Below are positions 1-12,619 of a DNA stretch of 53,669 nt, piece after piece. The translations under genes and the position numbers were made by a program. This DNA is from Octopus sinensis (lineage: Eukaryota), in contig NW_021834321.1 in assembly GCF_006345805.1 (NCBI RefSeq), positions 1-53,669 on the forward strand, read 5' to 3'. Below the pieces are notes generated by a model. The model was not told the origin of the DNA. It searched no databases and was given only the letters and a program-made list of their open reading frames with translations. Positions within the stretch are counted from its first letter, which is position 1, and each line of letters begins with the position of its first letter.

Positions 1-171
1 GTCCTGTATCTCTTTTTTTTGCTTGTCTGTTCCTGGTTTGTGTCTATGAGTTTCGTCTCTCTATGTGTTCGACGTCTTTTGGGTGTCCTGTACACATATA
101 TGCGTGTATATGTACATGTAGAGGTAGGTACGTACATATATGTTTATATATAGCATATGTTCTATTTTATT

Positions 172-223
<52 letters not shown>

Positions 224-372
224 GTATCGATATAAAAGATACGATCTACGGATCCAAGAGTAGGAGGTTTGTAATCTTTAAGCAGTCCGTGGCAGGTATA
301 CAGAAGAAAAATGTGGACACCGTTTGCATAAGGAAGAATAACAAACTATTGGCATCGAAAGTTACACAGTCT

Positions 373-616
373 ACGGGGACGTAAACACACTAACGTCGGT
401 TGTCAAGTGATGGTGGGGGACAAATAGACACACACACACATCTATATATATACGACGAGCTTCTTTCAGTTTTCGTCTACCAAATCCACTCATAAGGCTT
501 TGGTCAGCGTGAGGCTATAGTAGAAGGTAATTGCCCAAGGTGCCACGTAGTGGGACCGAACCCGGAACCACGTGGATGGGAAGCTAGCTATTTACCACAC
601 AGCCACTCTTACGCCT
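373..616 (-). mobile_element. SINE family A (tRNA-like head, internal TA/TG microsatellite), 3'-truncated
   Basis: Homologous to 50787-51194. Confidence 0.85.
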
Positions 617-1011
617 AGACACACACACACACAAAAACGGCTTTTCGCCATGATGTAATGTAATCATTCATTTATTAAGAATGCCTAAGAAACAGCTGCA
701 ATGAACTGACATTTATTGGTCGTCTGTTTTTATTCATTTGCTTGTAAGACACCAAAGGGATTCACGATACGTCGGCATCCTAGAGCATACCAAGCAACAT
801 ATGGTCGACCAGCCCCTAGATGCTAAATACTCGTAGGGGTGGTTCTCCCTATGCGCACAACCAGAATAGTTTTCTGGATATTTATTCGACTAATGGTGTC
901 GCTCACAGGTTAATTTAACCCTACCAACTGCATATCATTCAAGTACCTGATCCCCTCAAGAATCCTTATTTTTATTATTTTTATTATTATTATTATTATC
1001 ATTATTTTCAT

Positions 1012-1287
1012 TAGCATCTTCTCTCAATTCTGTTTCTATTTCTTGCCGAGTGTCTTCCTGACACCTAGGGCAGAGAAGCGTACATATTGGTAGGCCATTA
1101 AAACAAACACACCAGATTGTTCATTTACAAAGTCATGCGAAAAAGGGAAAGACAAAGAATAAAGGGAGAAAAATAAAAAAATAAACAAATAAAATAAAGG
1201 GGAGTGGAAAGAAAATTCACATCAACAATGCTCTTCTCAATACATGTGATGTGCCAGTTAAGGCAATATTTTGCACTTCATGCATCA
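1012..1287 (-). mobile_element. R4/Dong-type LINE extreme 3' end
   Basis: Minus strand reads MHEVQNIALTGTSHVLRRALLM* plus UTR; (ATT)n-like arrays on both sides. Confidence 0.6.
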
Positions 1288-1296
1288 TTATTATTA

Positions 1297-1340
<44 letters not shown>

Positions 1341-1342
1341 AT

Positions 1343-1580
1343 ATACTTGCATAGCAAGTGACCTGATCTGAGATCGTGTGCTGAAACAAAAGTAATTGTA
1401 GCGTGGAAGGTGTTTATAAGTCATTTGACAATATCTCCGAGATGCAGCATGGAATTTTGTCAATGAACAGGTTGCGGTCTCAAAGCGGTGAAAATATTTT
1501 GACAAAATATTTGAATGGTGAAGTGAATCTAACGGTTTTTGTGTGTTTCTCAAATGGCTTATAAACACCTTCCAAGCTGC

Positions 1581-1584
<4 letters not shown>
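1343..1584. mobile_element. Inverted partial copies of the ~205-nt HHR-bearing element
   Basis: 1343-1427 is the reverse complement of the unit's 3' part (cf. 26625-26713); 1439-1584 is a forward copy. Confidence 0.7.
1455..1507 (+). ncRNA. Degenerate third copy of the variant hammerhead (A3-C8 mismatch)
   Basis: ttttgtca-ATGAACA-g-gttgc-ggtctcaaa-gcggt-GAAA-atat-TT-tgacaaaa; flanks homologous to 26519-26662. Confidence 0.6.
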
Positions 1585-1659
<75 letters not shown>

Positions 1660-1683
1660 TATTATATATATATAGATATATGT

Positions 1684-1981
1684 TCTTCTACGATAGCCTA
1701 GGCCGACCAAACCTTGTAGTGGGATTTGAGGCGGAACTGAAAGAAGACCGTCGTATGTGTGTGTGTGTTTGTATGTCTGTGTTTGCCCCCACCACCACAT
1801 CGCTTGACAACCGATGCTGGTGTGTTCACCTCCTCGAAAGTTAGCGGTTCGGCAAAAGAGACCAATAGAATAAGTACTAGGCTTACAAAGAATAAGTCTT
1901 GGGATTGCTTAGCTCGACTAAAGGCGGTGCTCCGGCATGGCCGCAGTCAAATGACTGAAACAAATACAAGAATAAAAGAAT
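1684..1981 (+). mobile_element. SINE family A, 5'-truncated
   Basis: Family tail ggcggtgctccggcatggccgcagtcaaatgactgaaac. Confidence 0.85.
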
Positions 1982-2039
1982 AACATATATATTAAATTAT
2001 ATGTACATATATATGAATTGCAGTATAGACGTGTGCATG

Positions 2040-2070
<31 letters not shown>

Positions 2071-2118
2071 TATATACACACACACACGCGTTTGTATATA
2101 TACATAGACATATATAGA

Positions 2119-2442
2119 GGAGCACTCCGTCAGCTGCGACGACGAGGGTCCCAGTTGATCAGATCAACGGAACAGACTGCTCATGAAATTAACGTGCAAG
2201 TGGCTGAGCACTCCACAGACACGTGTACCCCTAACGTAGTTCTAGGGGAGATTCAGTGTGACACAGAGTGTGACAAGGCTAGCCCCTTTGAATTACAGGT
2301 ACTACTCATTTTTGCCAGCTGAGTGGACTGGAGCAAATGATATAAAGTGTCTTGCTCAAGGACACAACGCATTGCCGGGAATTGAACTCACAACCTTACA
2401 ATTGTGGGTCGAAGTTCCTAACCACTAAGCCACGCGCCTTCA
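2119..2442 (-). mobile_element. SINE family D (tRNA head plus CORE-like domain)
   Basis: Minus strand: ggcgcgtggcttagtggttagg...gagttcaattccc...gttgtgtccttgagcaagacacttta. Confidence 0.85.
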
Positions 2443-3575
2443 CTATACATATATACATGTATGCACATATACATATGAATTGTATGTGTGTACACATACA
2501 CATATATTTAGTCAACATCCTCGCCCCTTTAAAAAGAAAACACCCACGCTGCTGTACCGAAAACAACTCCCTTCTCTCCCGTCTCCCCTTAAAACTAAAA
2601 CTAAACCCAACTACTTCATCTTCGCCCCGCCAACCCACACTTTCCCTCGCACTCACATATTTGTTGCCCCCTTTTTCTCTTTGCTTGTTGCCCTAAATTT
2701 TCTCTGTGAAAAGCTGGAGTCCTTTTGGTACTTTTTTTTTTTGCTGTTTTTCTTTTTTGCCCCTTAATTCAAATTGTTACCTAATTCTCTTAGACTCATC
2801 TTTGCATCATTCCTCATTATTTACCGAATTTTCTTTTCTATTCTTTCTTTCAATTTTTCTTTTTGGTTCCCTTAAGTACGCTCCCCACCCCCACTTCAGG
2901 AACAAACATTCGCATAAATTGTTTTGTGTTTTCACAACCACAAGTACATAAATAAATAAATAAATAAATATTGTAGAGCATTCCCATATGACGAGTGAGA
3001 CGATGATGATGATTACGATGATGATGATGTTGATGATTTACAAATATAACCATCACATCTGGTTCCTTGTCAGTTCCTAATCTAACACTTTCTACCAAAC
3101 TCTTCTCACTCCAATGTACCAACCAACCTACCTACCAACCAGCCAACCACCTACCTACCCTCAAACACTCACCTACCCGAGCAAGGAACCAATAACGAAG
3201 CGAATAACAAAACAACCAACCGACAAAACAGCCAGCAGTGATTACAATCTATTTTTAATAGAGAGGAACCTAAAAACAATTAATAATGATTATATGATGG
3301 ACAATGAAATGATCCACCCTCTCTCTCTCCCTCTCTCTCTATCATATTTGTGTGTATAAAGGAGAGAGAAAGAGGAAATGAGAGAGAGAGAGAGAGAGAA
3401 AGGAAGATATGGCAAAATTAGACGTTGTTTTGAATAATTGGGTGTATGAACGTCAGATGCGACATGTTTAATAGCATAATACACAGATATTTAGTCAAAT
3501 TTTAAAATATCGTCTGCAACATTACACATAACATAACAGAATTATTATACGCTGAAGAAAAAAGAAAAAAATCCT

Positions 3576-3625
3576 CTGAGAATACCTTCGTCTTCCTCAA
3601 GACTCATCAGGATCTTATATTCTCA
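3576..3625 (-). ncRNA. Hammerhead-like motif, possibly type III topology, degenerate
   Basis: Minus strand: tgagaata-taa-gatc-CTGATGA-gtctt-gagg-aagac-GAA-gg-tattctca; perfect helix II, 8-bp closing helix, A15.1-U16.1 pair lost. Confidence 0.4.
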
Positions 3626-3684
3626 TCCGTCATTTATCGGTATTATGGAGAATGCTTCTCACGAATCACATCAACAATATATAT

Positions 3685-4452
3685 TCTTTTCTTCTCTAGG
3701 CAGAAGGCACGACATTTTGGGGTGGAGGCCAGTCGATTACATCGACCCCGGTACGCAACGGCTGCTTAATTTATCGACCACGAAAGGATGAAAGGCAAAG
3801 TCGACCTCGGTGGAATTTGAACTCAGAACGTAAAGACAGACGAAATACCTATTTCTTTATTACCCACAAGGGGTTAAACACAGAGGGGACAAACAAGGAC
3901 AGACAAACTGATTAAGTCGAATATATTGACCCCAGTGCGAGACTGGTACTTATTTAATCGACCCCGAAAGGACGAGAGGCAAAGTCGACCTCGGCGGAAT
4001 TTGAACTCAGAACGTAAGACAGACGAAATACCTATTTCTTTACTACCCACAAGGGGTTAAACACAGAGGGGACAAACAAGGACAGACAAACGGATTAAGT
4101 CGATTAGATCGACTCCAGTACGTAACTGGTACTTAATTTATCGACTCCGAAAAGGATGAAAGGTAAAATCGACCTCGGCGGAATTTGAACTCAGAACGTA
4201 GCGGCGGACGAAATACCTATTTCTTTACTACCCACAAGGGGCTAAACATAGAGGGAACAAACAAGGACAGACAAATGGATTTAGTCGATTATATTGACCC
4301 CAGTGCGTAACTGGTACTTAATTTATCGACCCCGAAAGGATGAAAGGCAAAGTCGACCTTGGTGGAATTTGAACTCAGAACGTAACGGCAGATGAAATAC
4401 AGCTTCGCATTTCGCCCGGTGTGCTAACGTTTCTGCCAGCTCGCTGCCTTAC
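3685..4452 (-). mobile_element. SINE family B multimer with ~184-bp internal tandem units
   Basis: Anchor gaaatacctatttcttt at ~3842, 4025 and 4210; single head at 4452, single tail at 3685. Confidence 0.9.
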
Positions 4453-4783
4453 TTTATATATTGACATGTTTGAATTGGAGATTTGGTTCCTGTGATTGAT
4501 AATCTATTAGAACGACTTTCATGAGATGGTACGGTCCACTTGCTTTGTCATTTGTACCTGACAAACGACTTCCACTAAAAAATTGTTGTTTAACAATAGA
4601 TCCGTGGACCTATCATCTCTGAAGATGTCCGTCAATGTGTCCAATGCTTTACTGACTTCAGCATAAATTGCTCAGTAAACACTAAAGCGGAATGTGTCGT
4701 TTACTAAATAAGCAAATGTATATTCTGCACCTGGGTACACAAACAAGGATATGAAATTCGTTTCTATACAAAAAATGTATATA

Positions 4784-5157
4784 TACTCTTTTACTTGTTT
4801 CAGTCATTTGACTGCGGCCATGCTGGAGCACCGTCTTTCGTCGAGCAAATCAACCCCAGCGCGTATTCTTTGTAAGCCTAGTACTTATTCTATCGGGTAC
4901 TTTAGCCGAACACACCAGCATCGAGTGTGAAGCGATTCTGGGGGGGGGGGACAAACACAGACACACAAACATATACACACACATACATATATATAATATA
5001 TATATATATATATACGACGGGCTTCTTTTCAGTTTCCGTCTACCAAATCGACTCACAAGGCTTGCCCAAGGCTTGCCCAATGTGCCACGCAGTGGGACTG
5101 AACCCGTAACCATATGGTTGGTAAGCAAGCTACTTACCACACACCCACTCCTGCGCC
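4784..5157 (-). mobile_element. SINE family A, near full length
   Basis: Head and tail both match the other copies. Confidence 0.88.
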
Positions 5158-5482
5158 TATATGTTTAAAATATTTTTGTCAGAAGATGAAGTGCAAGCCC
5201 TCTGATCCAACTCGGGACTCTAATTCTGGTGTAATGACATTATCTTCAACCTGAATACGTCGCATAAATGCTTAGAAAAGAACGAAGTCCACGTGAAGGC
5301 ACTTGATCTGCAGGTGTTAAACCGAGAAGCAGGTTACATCTAGCAAGCAAATGACAATGATAAAGATCCAAAAGAGTATCGAAGCGAATAGAAACATAAA
5401 ATCACTTCGGTGGTCACAATGAATTAGGGTCTAAAGAGGTGAATCATAAGCGAAATTCAGTGCGCTACAAATGAACGTACAT

Positions 5483-5877
5483 AAAAAATTTCTAATGCCA
5501 AATATGCCGAAATTGAACATATTGTCCATAACCATATAATTTTTCACAATACGCACGCTACTCGAACAAAAGCCGACAGAAATTTCTAAAAAATTCCATC
5601 ATTACCATATCGGACCGATTTCAGGGTTAGTTCGTAAGAAGTGTTTTGCTTCTTTCATGGGTATGAGTAAGTATCGCATTTATTTCTTTGCCACATTTAT
5701 CACTGACGAAGGGAGGGTTCTTACGAACTAACCCTGGAATCGGTCCGATGTCGTAATAATGGAATTTTTTTAGAAATTTCTGTCAGCTTTTTTTCGAGTA
5801 GCGTGCGTATTGTGAAATATTATATGGTTATGGACGATATGTTCAATTTCGGCATATTTGGCATTAGAAGTTTTTTT
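5483..5877. repeat. Inverted repeat, ~158-bp arms, HHR-associated (Penelope-like pLTR remnant)
   Basis: 5483-5640 is the reverse complement of 5718-5877; HHR starts in the loop. Confidence 0.85.
5697..5757 (+). ncRNA. Degenerate type I hammerhead
   Basis: ttatca-CTGACGA-aggg...ccct-GGAA-tcggtccga-TG. The mirror arm (5602-5640, minus) keeps the intact 3' half ccct-GAAA-tcggtccga-TA-tggtaa, which pairs with ttatca. Confidence 0.6.
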
Positions 5878-5985
5878 GTTTGCTCTTGTTTATGAGTTGT
5901 TTATAATTTTAACCTTTGAAGGTATTTTTTTAATATGCTGGGCATTGGAATAAAAATTTTTTTCCCAAAAATGTTTATCGTATAT

Positions 5986-6030
<45 letters not shown>

Positions 6031-6263
6031 TATATATATACATAACATTTGGAGAGCCAGCCAATTTTGAATAATCTCAATTGTTAGAGGCCGAAACTGT
6101 AATGATAATTTGGAAACTTGACTGATGAAGACAAGGCATGAATGATCTGTCCTTGTTTTTTCTTGTCCGTCTTTGTATCGTCTATCTAACCGTATTTTTT
6201 GTCGTCTGTTACGTTCTACTTCTATTTTTAAGAATTATAAATCTATCTATCTATTTATCTATC

Positions 6264-6323
<60 letters not shown>

Positions 6324-6585
6324 ATATATATATATATATACACACTTACCCACACTCGTGTATGTATGTATGTATGTATGTATGTATGTATGTATGTATG
6401 TATGTATGCATGTATATATATATATGCGTATGTATGTATAGTAAGATAGATAGAGACAAACAGGTACTTGTGTGTGTGTGCAAAATATTCTACATGACAT
6501 ATATATATTTTTTTACGTTGGAAATATTTTTAAAGTACACTTAGCATATAACATATACCTATTTTCTTCAATTCTCATGTGAACC

Positions 6586-6661
6586 TTTCCTGACGAAATG
6601 ATCGGTTCCTTCTGGATTTCATCGCAAATAACACCAAAAAATTAGCGAAAGTACTAGGAAA
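6586..6661 (+). ncRNA. Degenerate type I hammerhead
   Basis: tttc-CTGACGA-...-GAAA-gtac-TA-ggaaa; palindromic GTAC helix III, but the base of helix II is mismatched. Confidence 0.45.
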
Positions 6662-6980
6662 TACCTATGTTCATCTCCATTAAAATGGCGGTTATTGCTT
6701 TCTAACATTGATAACAACACTGTTGATAGAAATTCATCGTGAGATCAGTAACGAGGTGAATACATGAGACGAAGATAAACATAGGATATGTAACATATGA
6801 AACAATATAAATATATACAATGAAATATTATATTCAAAATCGTTTCCCAGATGTTTCATTTAGGTTTTAGATTTCAACATTGTTATTGTCCTTATAGTTG
6901 TTGTTGTTCTTCTTACTGTTGTACTCGTTGTTTTTGCTGTTGTTGTTATTATTATTATTGTTGTTGTTGTTATTATTATC

Positions 6981-7011
<31 letters not shown>

Positions 7012-7205
7012 CCGCAGTTATCATTATCTTTATTATTTATTGCTGTTATTTTTATATTCATGTATATATGTGTGCGTCTGTACATATGTATGTACAATTA
7101 TATACATATATATATTGAATATATATATATATATCTTTAGAGGGAAAGATTTAATATATATTTCATATGTTACATAGACGTATCATATACGTATACATCT
7201 GTGTG

Positions 7206-7239
<34 letters not shown>

Positions 7240-7804
7240 AATATATATCCAAGCACACACACATATATATGTATATGTATATATACATACTACATGCGTA
7301 CACACACACACACACACATATATATATAAAAATATGCGCCTATGTTTGTATATGTTTGTGTGGGGATGCATTTGTATGGGTGTATGTGTGCCTGCGTTTG
7401 AATACGCAGAATTTTGTAAAAAAATATGATTTACACAGGAAATTAATAGAGAATTTTATTTCAAAAAGATCTAGAGATGAGATAAGATTATATTGGTGTT
7501 TCTGGGTGGTTGAATTAACAAGAGGTTTTAAATGAAAGCTATTTCATAGCGTGATTCGAAACCGAATTCCAAATTCTGTCCTTGATGATCTACACACCCA
7601 GAGTGCACTCTTTCACAGCCGCAAAGCATATACGCTTTCTAACTACGTCACCAAGATTCTCATTTAGAACAGGCATAGCTAGAGATTATGGTGCAGTCAT
7701 GTTCTTGTCTAACCCCTAAATTAAGCTATTTTGGCCGACATTTTGAATAAACATAAAAGGACTCAGAAGGAACCCTTTTAAGTAGAATAGCTCTATGCCT
7801 CCTG

Positions 7805-8250
7805 AAGGCGGCGATCCGATGGAATTGTTAGCACGTTGCACACAAGATGTAGCGGCATATGTTCCGGGTTCGCATTCTTATATAAAATTCCACCTAGGCC
7901 GAATTTGCCCTTCATACTTTCGGGATCGATAAGACAATAGCAGTTAAATATTGGGGATCGATGGAATCTACTTACTCTATTTCCTTAAATAGCTGATCTT
8001 GTACCCAAATTTGAAACCGGTATCATACCATTTGAAGGAAGAGCAAGATAGCAGAAGAGTTAACGTGCTGGACATATTGCTTGGCGGCATATATTTCAGG
8101 TTTGCATTACGAGATCGAATTCAGCAGATGTCGATTTCACCTTTGATCCTTTTGGGTCGCTGAAATAGAACGAGTCGGGCACTGGGCCCGATGTAATCGT
8201 CTAATCCCCTTTCCCCAAACTTCAGGAATTTTGTCTGAACCAGAAAGAAT
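7805..8250 (+). mobile_element. Two old degenerate SINE family B copies in tandem
   Basis: aaggcggcga head and ttgcccttcatactttcgggatcgata motif, then a second diverged copy. Confidence 0.6.
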
Positions 8251-8389
8251 TATTATTCCGCGTAGAAGAAGGATACAGCGACTCGTCGTGTGACCTGGTT
8301 TTCGATATCAGAAGTAAATTCAGTTGAACAATTTTCATCCTTGACAGGGACAGGAAACTGATACATTTGAATTGCCAAGTACTATGTAT

Positions 8390-8652
8390 ATCATATATAC
8401 ATGTGTGTGTGTGTCTGGAAATTGATAGGGGATATATATATATGCACATATATATATGCGTGTGTGTTTATATATACATACATATATATGTATATATATG
8501 CATACATATATATATATTTATATATATATATATATGCATACATATATATATATACTATATATATATATATATATATGCATATATATATATATTATGATAT
8601 ATATATATAATGCATATATATATATATATATTATATATGTATATATGCATAC

Positions 8653-8683
<31 letters not shown>

Positions 8684-8720
8684 ATAATATGCATACATAT
8701 ATATATATATATATATTGCA

Positions 8721-8767
<47 letters not shown>

Positions 8768-8796
8768 CATATCTCCATACTTATATATATATATAC
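8390..8796 (+). repeat. Compound (TA)n/TGCA microsatellite
   Basis: Direct reading. Confidence 0.95.
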
Positions 8797-8918
8797 AAAA
8801 ATTTAGATTCGAATGATATATGTACTTAATTTAGATGCACCAGAATTTTGTATCGTGTTATCCATAACAATTTGCGGGGTGATTATAATCAAAATAAGCA
8901 ACAAATGACTCCGGTAAT

Positions 8919-9003
8919 TTGGTACAATTGTTTCGCACACAAATCATTTTATTAAAGTTGTAAGTATTACACAGATTTAAGATGTTGAGGGCTCATCAGC
9001 CAA
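8919..9003 (-). ncRNA. Type I hammerhead ribozyme, canonical core
   Basis: Minus strand: ttgg-CTGATGA-gccctcaa...ttgtgtgc-GAAA-caattg-TA-ccaa; palindromic helix III, partly mismatched helix II with a long loop. Confidence 0.75.
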
Positions 9004-9520
9004 TTATGAGGTTTTCCATTAATATAAAAGCTTTCAAATCAAGTAGCAACATTATAGAGAAGGTTAATATAGAGGCAAAGATGTAGATTTAAATTTTAAG
9101 AACATATGAGGTAGGGAAGTCCAACCACTGACTGACCAAGTTATGGCTGTATCTAACTGCTATAAGGTTAGAAGTAATAAAATTTTTTAGTTGTAGGAAT
9201 GGGGTAAAGGAGGTTTCAGAATACCATAAAAGGAATTCAAGTTGAAGACAGTAGTGGCCACTAACAAAATGCCAAATTACTACTATTTGGTGAGAGAAAC
9301 TAGGTCAATGTCAAATGGTCATTAATCCCCTTTACAGAGAGTAGGAAAAAAGCCTATCACTTATTATTATGAGTAGGCATAGTCTTTTATAACTGGGGGA
9401 AAGCCTTATTTATTTTAAAACTAGATTAGATTTAGAAAAATTTCCAATTTCAAGTTTACAGTGAAGTTTTTTAGTCATCTATGAAAGTTAAATTGAAAGC
9501 TAGTATAGTATATTTCTTAT

Positions 9521-9712
9521 TGGGTGGGTGGATGGATGGATTGATGGGTGGGTGGGATTTGGGTAGGTGGATGGATGGGTGGATGGATGGATGGGTGGGT
9601 GGGTGGGTGGGTGGGTTGGTGGATGGATGGATGGATGGATGGATGGATAAAAAGGTAAATAGATATGTCAAAGAGATAGCGAGAGACTTTAGACGGATGG
9701 ATGGATGGATGG
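9521..9712 (+). repeat. (GGAT)/(GGGT)n tetranucleotide tract
   Basis: Direct reading. Confidence 0.9.
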
Positions 9713-10391
9713 AAAGATAGGTCGAAAGATAGGGAGATGGATAGATAAGAAGTATTTAGAATATAACCATTAAATAAGCAAATAAATAATAGCAGAAAGA
9801 AGAAATCAACAATAAATAGAAACGAACGCCAAAACTTAATCAAAGAATGGAAAAGTAATTCGCGAAAATAAACGATAACAAGAATGAGAAGTGGAAGAAA
9901 GAGGAGGAGGAGAAGAAGAAGGTACAGAAGAAGGAAAAGGTGAAGAAGAAGAAGAAGAAGAAGGTGAAGAAGCAGAAGAAGGTGAAGAAGAAGAAGAAGG
10001 TGAAGAAGAGGAAAAGAAGGTGAAGAAGGAGAAGAGGAAGTAGAGGAAGAAGAAGAAGGTGAAAAAGAAGAAGAAGGACAACAACAGCAGCAGCAGCAAC
10101 AAAACTAATGTAGCATAGAGCACGAATATGGAAAATCTAAGAAGAGAAACATTCAAAGAATAAGAATCACCAATTCTGAAGACAATTGAGGAAAGAATTG
10201 TGGAAAGAAGCAGCAGCAGCGAAAGGGGAGGGGGGCGATGATTCTGGGTCAACGTCTCTTTCTTTTAGGAAGAAGAAAAAAGAAGGGAGAAAGAAACGTG
10301 AGTAGGTGGATGACTGGGAAGAAGAAGAAGAAGAAAGAAAAAGGTCTGTTAGCATTTAATTAGATAGGGTGCTGTTTGGGTAGATACATAT

Positions 10392-11365
10392 GGTGGGGTG
10401 GCTGGTGGTGGTGGTGGTTGTTGTTATATGTTGCTTGTTGTTGCTGTGGCGGTGGTGGTGGTAGGTGTTGGTGACGGTTGTTGTTTTGGTGGAGGTGATG
10501 GTGCTTGTGGAGGTGGTGGTGGTGGTTGTTGTGGTGGTGGTGATAGTGATGGTGGTGTTGGTTGTTGTTGCTGTGGCGGTGGTGGTGGTAGGTGTTGGTG
10601 ACGGTTGTTGTTTTGGTGGAGGTGATGGTGCTTGTGGAGGTGGTGGTGGTGGTGGTGATAGTGATGGTGGTGTTGGTTGTTGTTGCTGTGGCGGTGGTAT
10701 GGTGGCGGTAGTGGCGGCGTTGGTTGTTATGGTGGCTGTGGTGGGGCCGATGGTAGGGGCGATGATGGTGGTGGTGGTGGTGGTGGAGATGGTGGTGGTG
10801 GTTGTTGTGATTGTGATGGTGCTTGTGGTGATGGTGGTGGTGGTTGTTGTGATTGTGATGGTGCTTGTGGTGATGGTGGTGGTGGTTGTTATGTGTTGGT
10901 TGTTGTTGCTGTGGCGGTGGTGTATGGTGGTGGTGGTGGTAGTGTTAGTGGTGGCGCTGGTTGTTGTTGTGGTGACTGTAGTGGGGCCGATGGTAGGGGC
11001 GATGATGGCGGTGGTCGTTGTAATGTTAGTTGTGGTAGTGGGCGGTGATGGCTGGAAGTGACGGTGGAGAGGGAGAGTGGAAGTGATGGTGGTGGTGGTG
11101 GTATGGTGCTGGTGGGGATGGTAGTGGTGGTGATGGTGATGATGATTGTGGTAGAGGTTGTGGTCTCATAGTGATGGTAGTGGCGACGAAGTTGATGATG
11201 TTAGTGTTGGTGTTGTTGTTGGTGATGGTTGCTGTTAATGTGGTGATAGGGGTCCTCTTCGTTGTCGTGATGGCGGTGGTAGTCTTGGAGGTGGTGGTGG
11301 TGGTTGTGATTCTGGTGATGGTGGTAATGGTGGTGGTGGTGGTAGTGGTGGTGATGGTATGGTAT
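10392..11365 (+). repeat. (GGT/GTT/GAT)n cryptic trinucleotide tract with higher-order repeats
   Basis: Block gttgctgtggcggtggtggt...ggtgcttgtggagg at ~10440 and ~10567. Confidence 0.9.
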
Positions 11366-11368
11366 GGT

Positions 11369-11603
11369 TAAGGCGGTGAGCTGGCAAAACCGTTAGCAGG
11401 CCGGGCGAAATGCTTAGCGGTATTTCGTCTGCCGTTACGTTCTGAGTTCAAATTCCGCCGAGGTCGACTTTGCCTTTCATCCTTTCGGGGTCGATGAATT
11501 AAGTACCAGTTACGTACTGGAGTCGATGTAATCGACTTAATACCTATGTCTGTCCTTGTTTGTCCCCTCTGTGTTTAGCCCCTTGCGGGTAATAAAGAAA
11601 TAC
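11369..11603 (+). mobile_element. SINE family B
   Basis: aaggcggtgagctggca...gagttcaaattcc (B box)...gcctttcatcctttcggggtcgat. Confidence 0.9.
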
Positions 11604-12061
11604 GTATGGTATGGTTATGGTAATAACTTAAACTATGTAGAATTATGTATAAACGTTTCTGAAACTCTTTAGGTGAAGAATATTTCTCTCTTCAATTGAA
11701 ATAAATGGAATTATAAACGTTCTCCTGTCTTGCGGCCTCTCGCACAGTAAATAACCCTCTTTTTTTGTTTTGTTAGTTTTATGTTGTTCTGCTCATTATG
11801 TCCGTCTGTGTGTTTATAACTGTCATTTTGTATATGTTTGTATGTATAGGTATTTATAAACACACACATATATAAATATACATACATAGACACACACATA
11901 CAAACATGTATATATACATATACGTATACAAATATATATGAGTGTATATATATTTATATATATATACATATATAGACACATATATGTGCACACATATATG
12001 TATATACATGTATACATGGATACATATGTGTACAAAGAGGAAGGGAACACACACACACATA

Positions 12062-12101
<40 letters not shown>

Positions 12102-12568
12102 TAGATATTGATATATATATATATATTATATTTATTATTTTGAAACAAAAATATTTTTGACAATGACACACGCTCACACACACACACGTATATATATATA
12201 TGCCTATGCAAATACCAATATGTATGTATATATAAATGCGTGTGTTTATGTTGTTCCTATTTAGCCCTAGGTCAGACCTGATAGAGCAATCTTATAATTA
12301 AAAGAGTTCCATTATTTATGTAGACTTAACGTATTTATGACTACGCGTTAGGAGTGTGTCATTTCTATTCCCATCTATGACGGAAGAGCATCATTTGAGG
12401 AATATTTGGCTGCTATGTTTAGCAAAATAAATCATGCTGAGGCTCCCTCATTGGCTCGTATTTATTTAACACATTAAGGTGTCAAACACTTTTCAGATTG
12501 CTCAAATTAGAATAAACTTTAAGACAGACATCTGTTAAGACATTATTAACTCTCCCATTCTCTCTGTC

Positions 12569-12619
<51 letters not shown>

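Noticed and set aside
3842-4400. Regular ~184-bp repeats as a CRISPR-like array
   Set aside because: Whole units are homologous, with no unique spacers; eukaryotic SINE context.
6115-6170. Isolated CTGANGA hits (6122, 12831, 20113, 36273, 38154, 43168, 46248, 47713)
   Set aside because: No correctly placed GAAA plus helices I and III; a degenerate 7-mer is expected often by chance.
10398-11371. Gly/Cys-rich or Val-rich ORFs resembling structural proteins
   Set aside because: Products of the GGT tract; frames are interrupted and no splice or start context is evident.
12250-12460. Old repeat sharing atttggctgctat with ~21975 and (reverse) ~23665
   Set aside because: Probably another decayed SINE family, but too diverged to bound or classify by eye.
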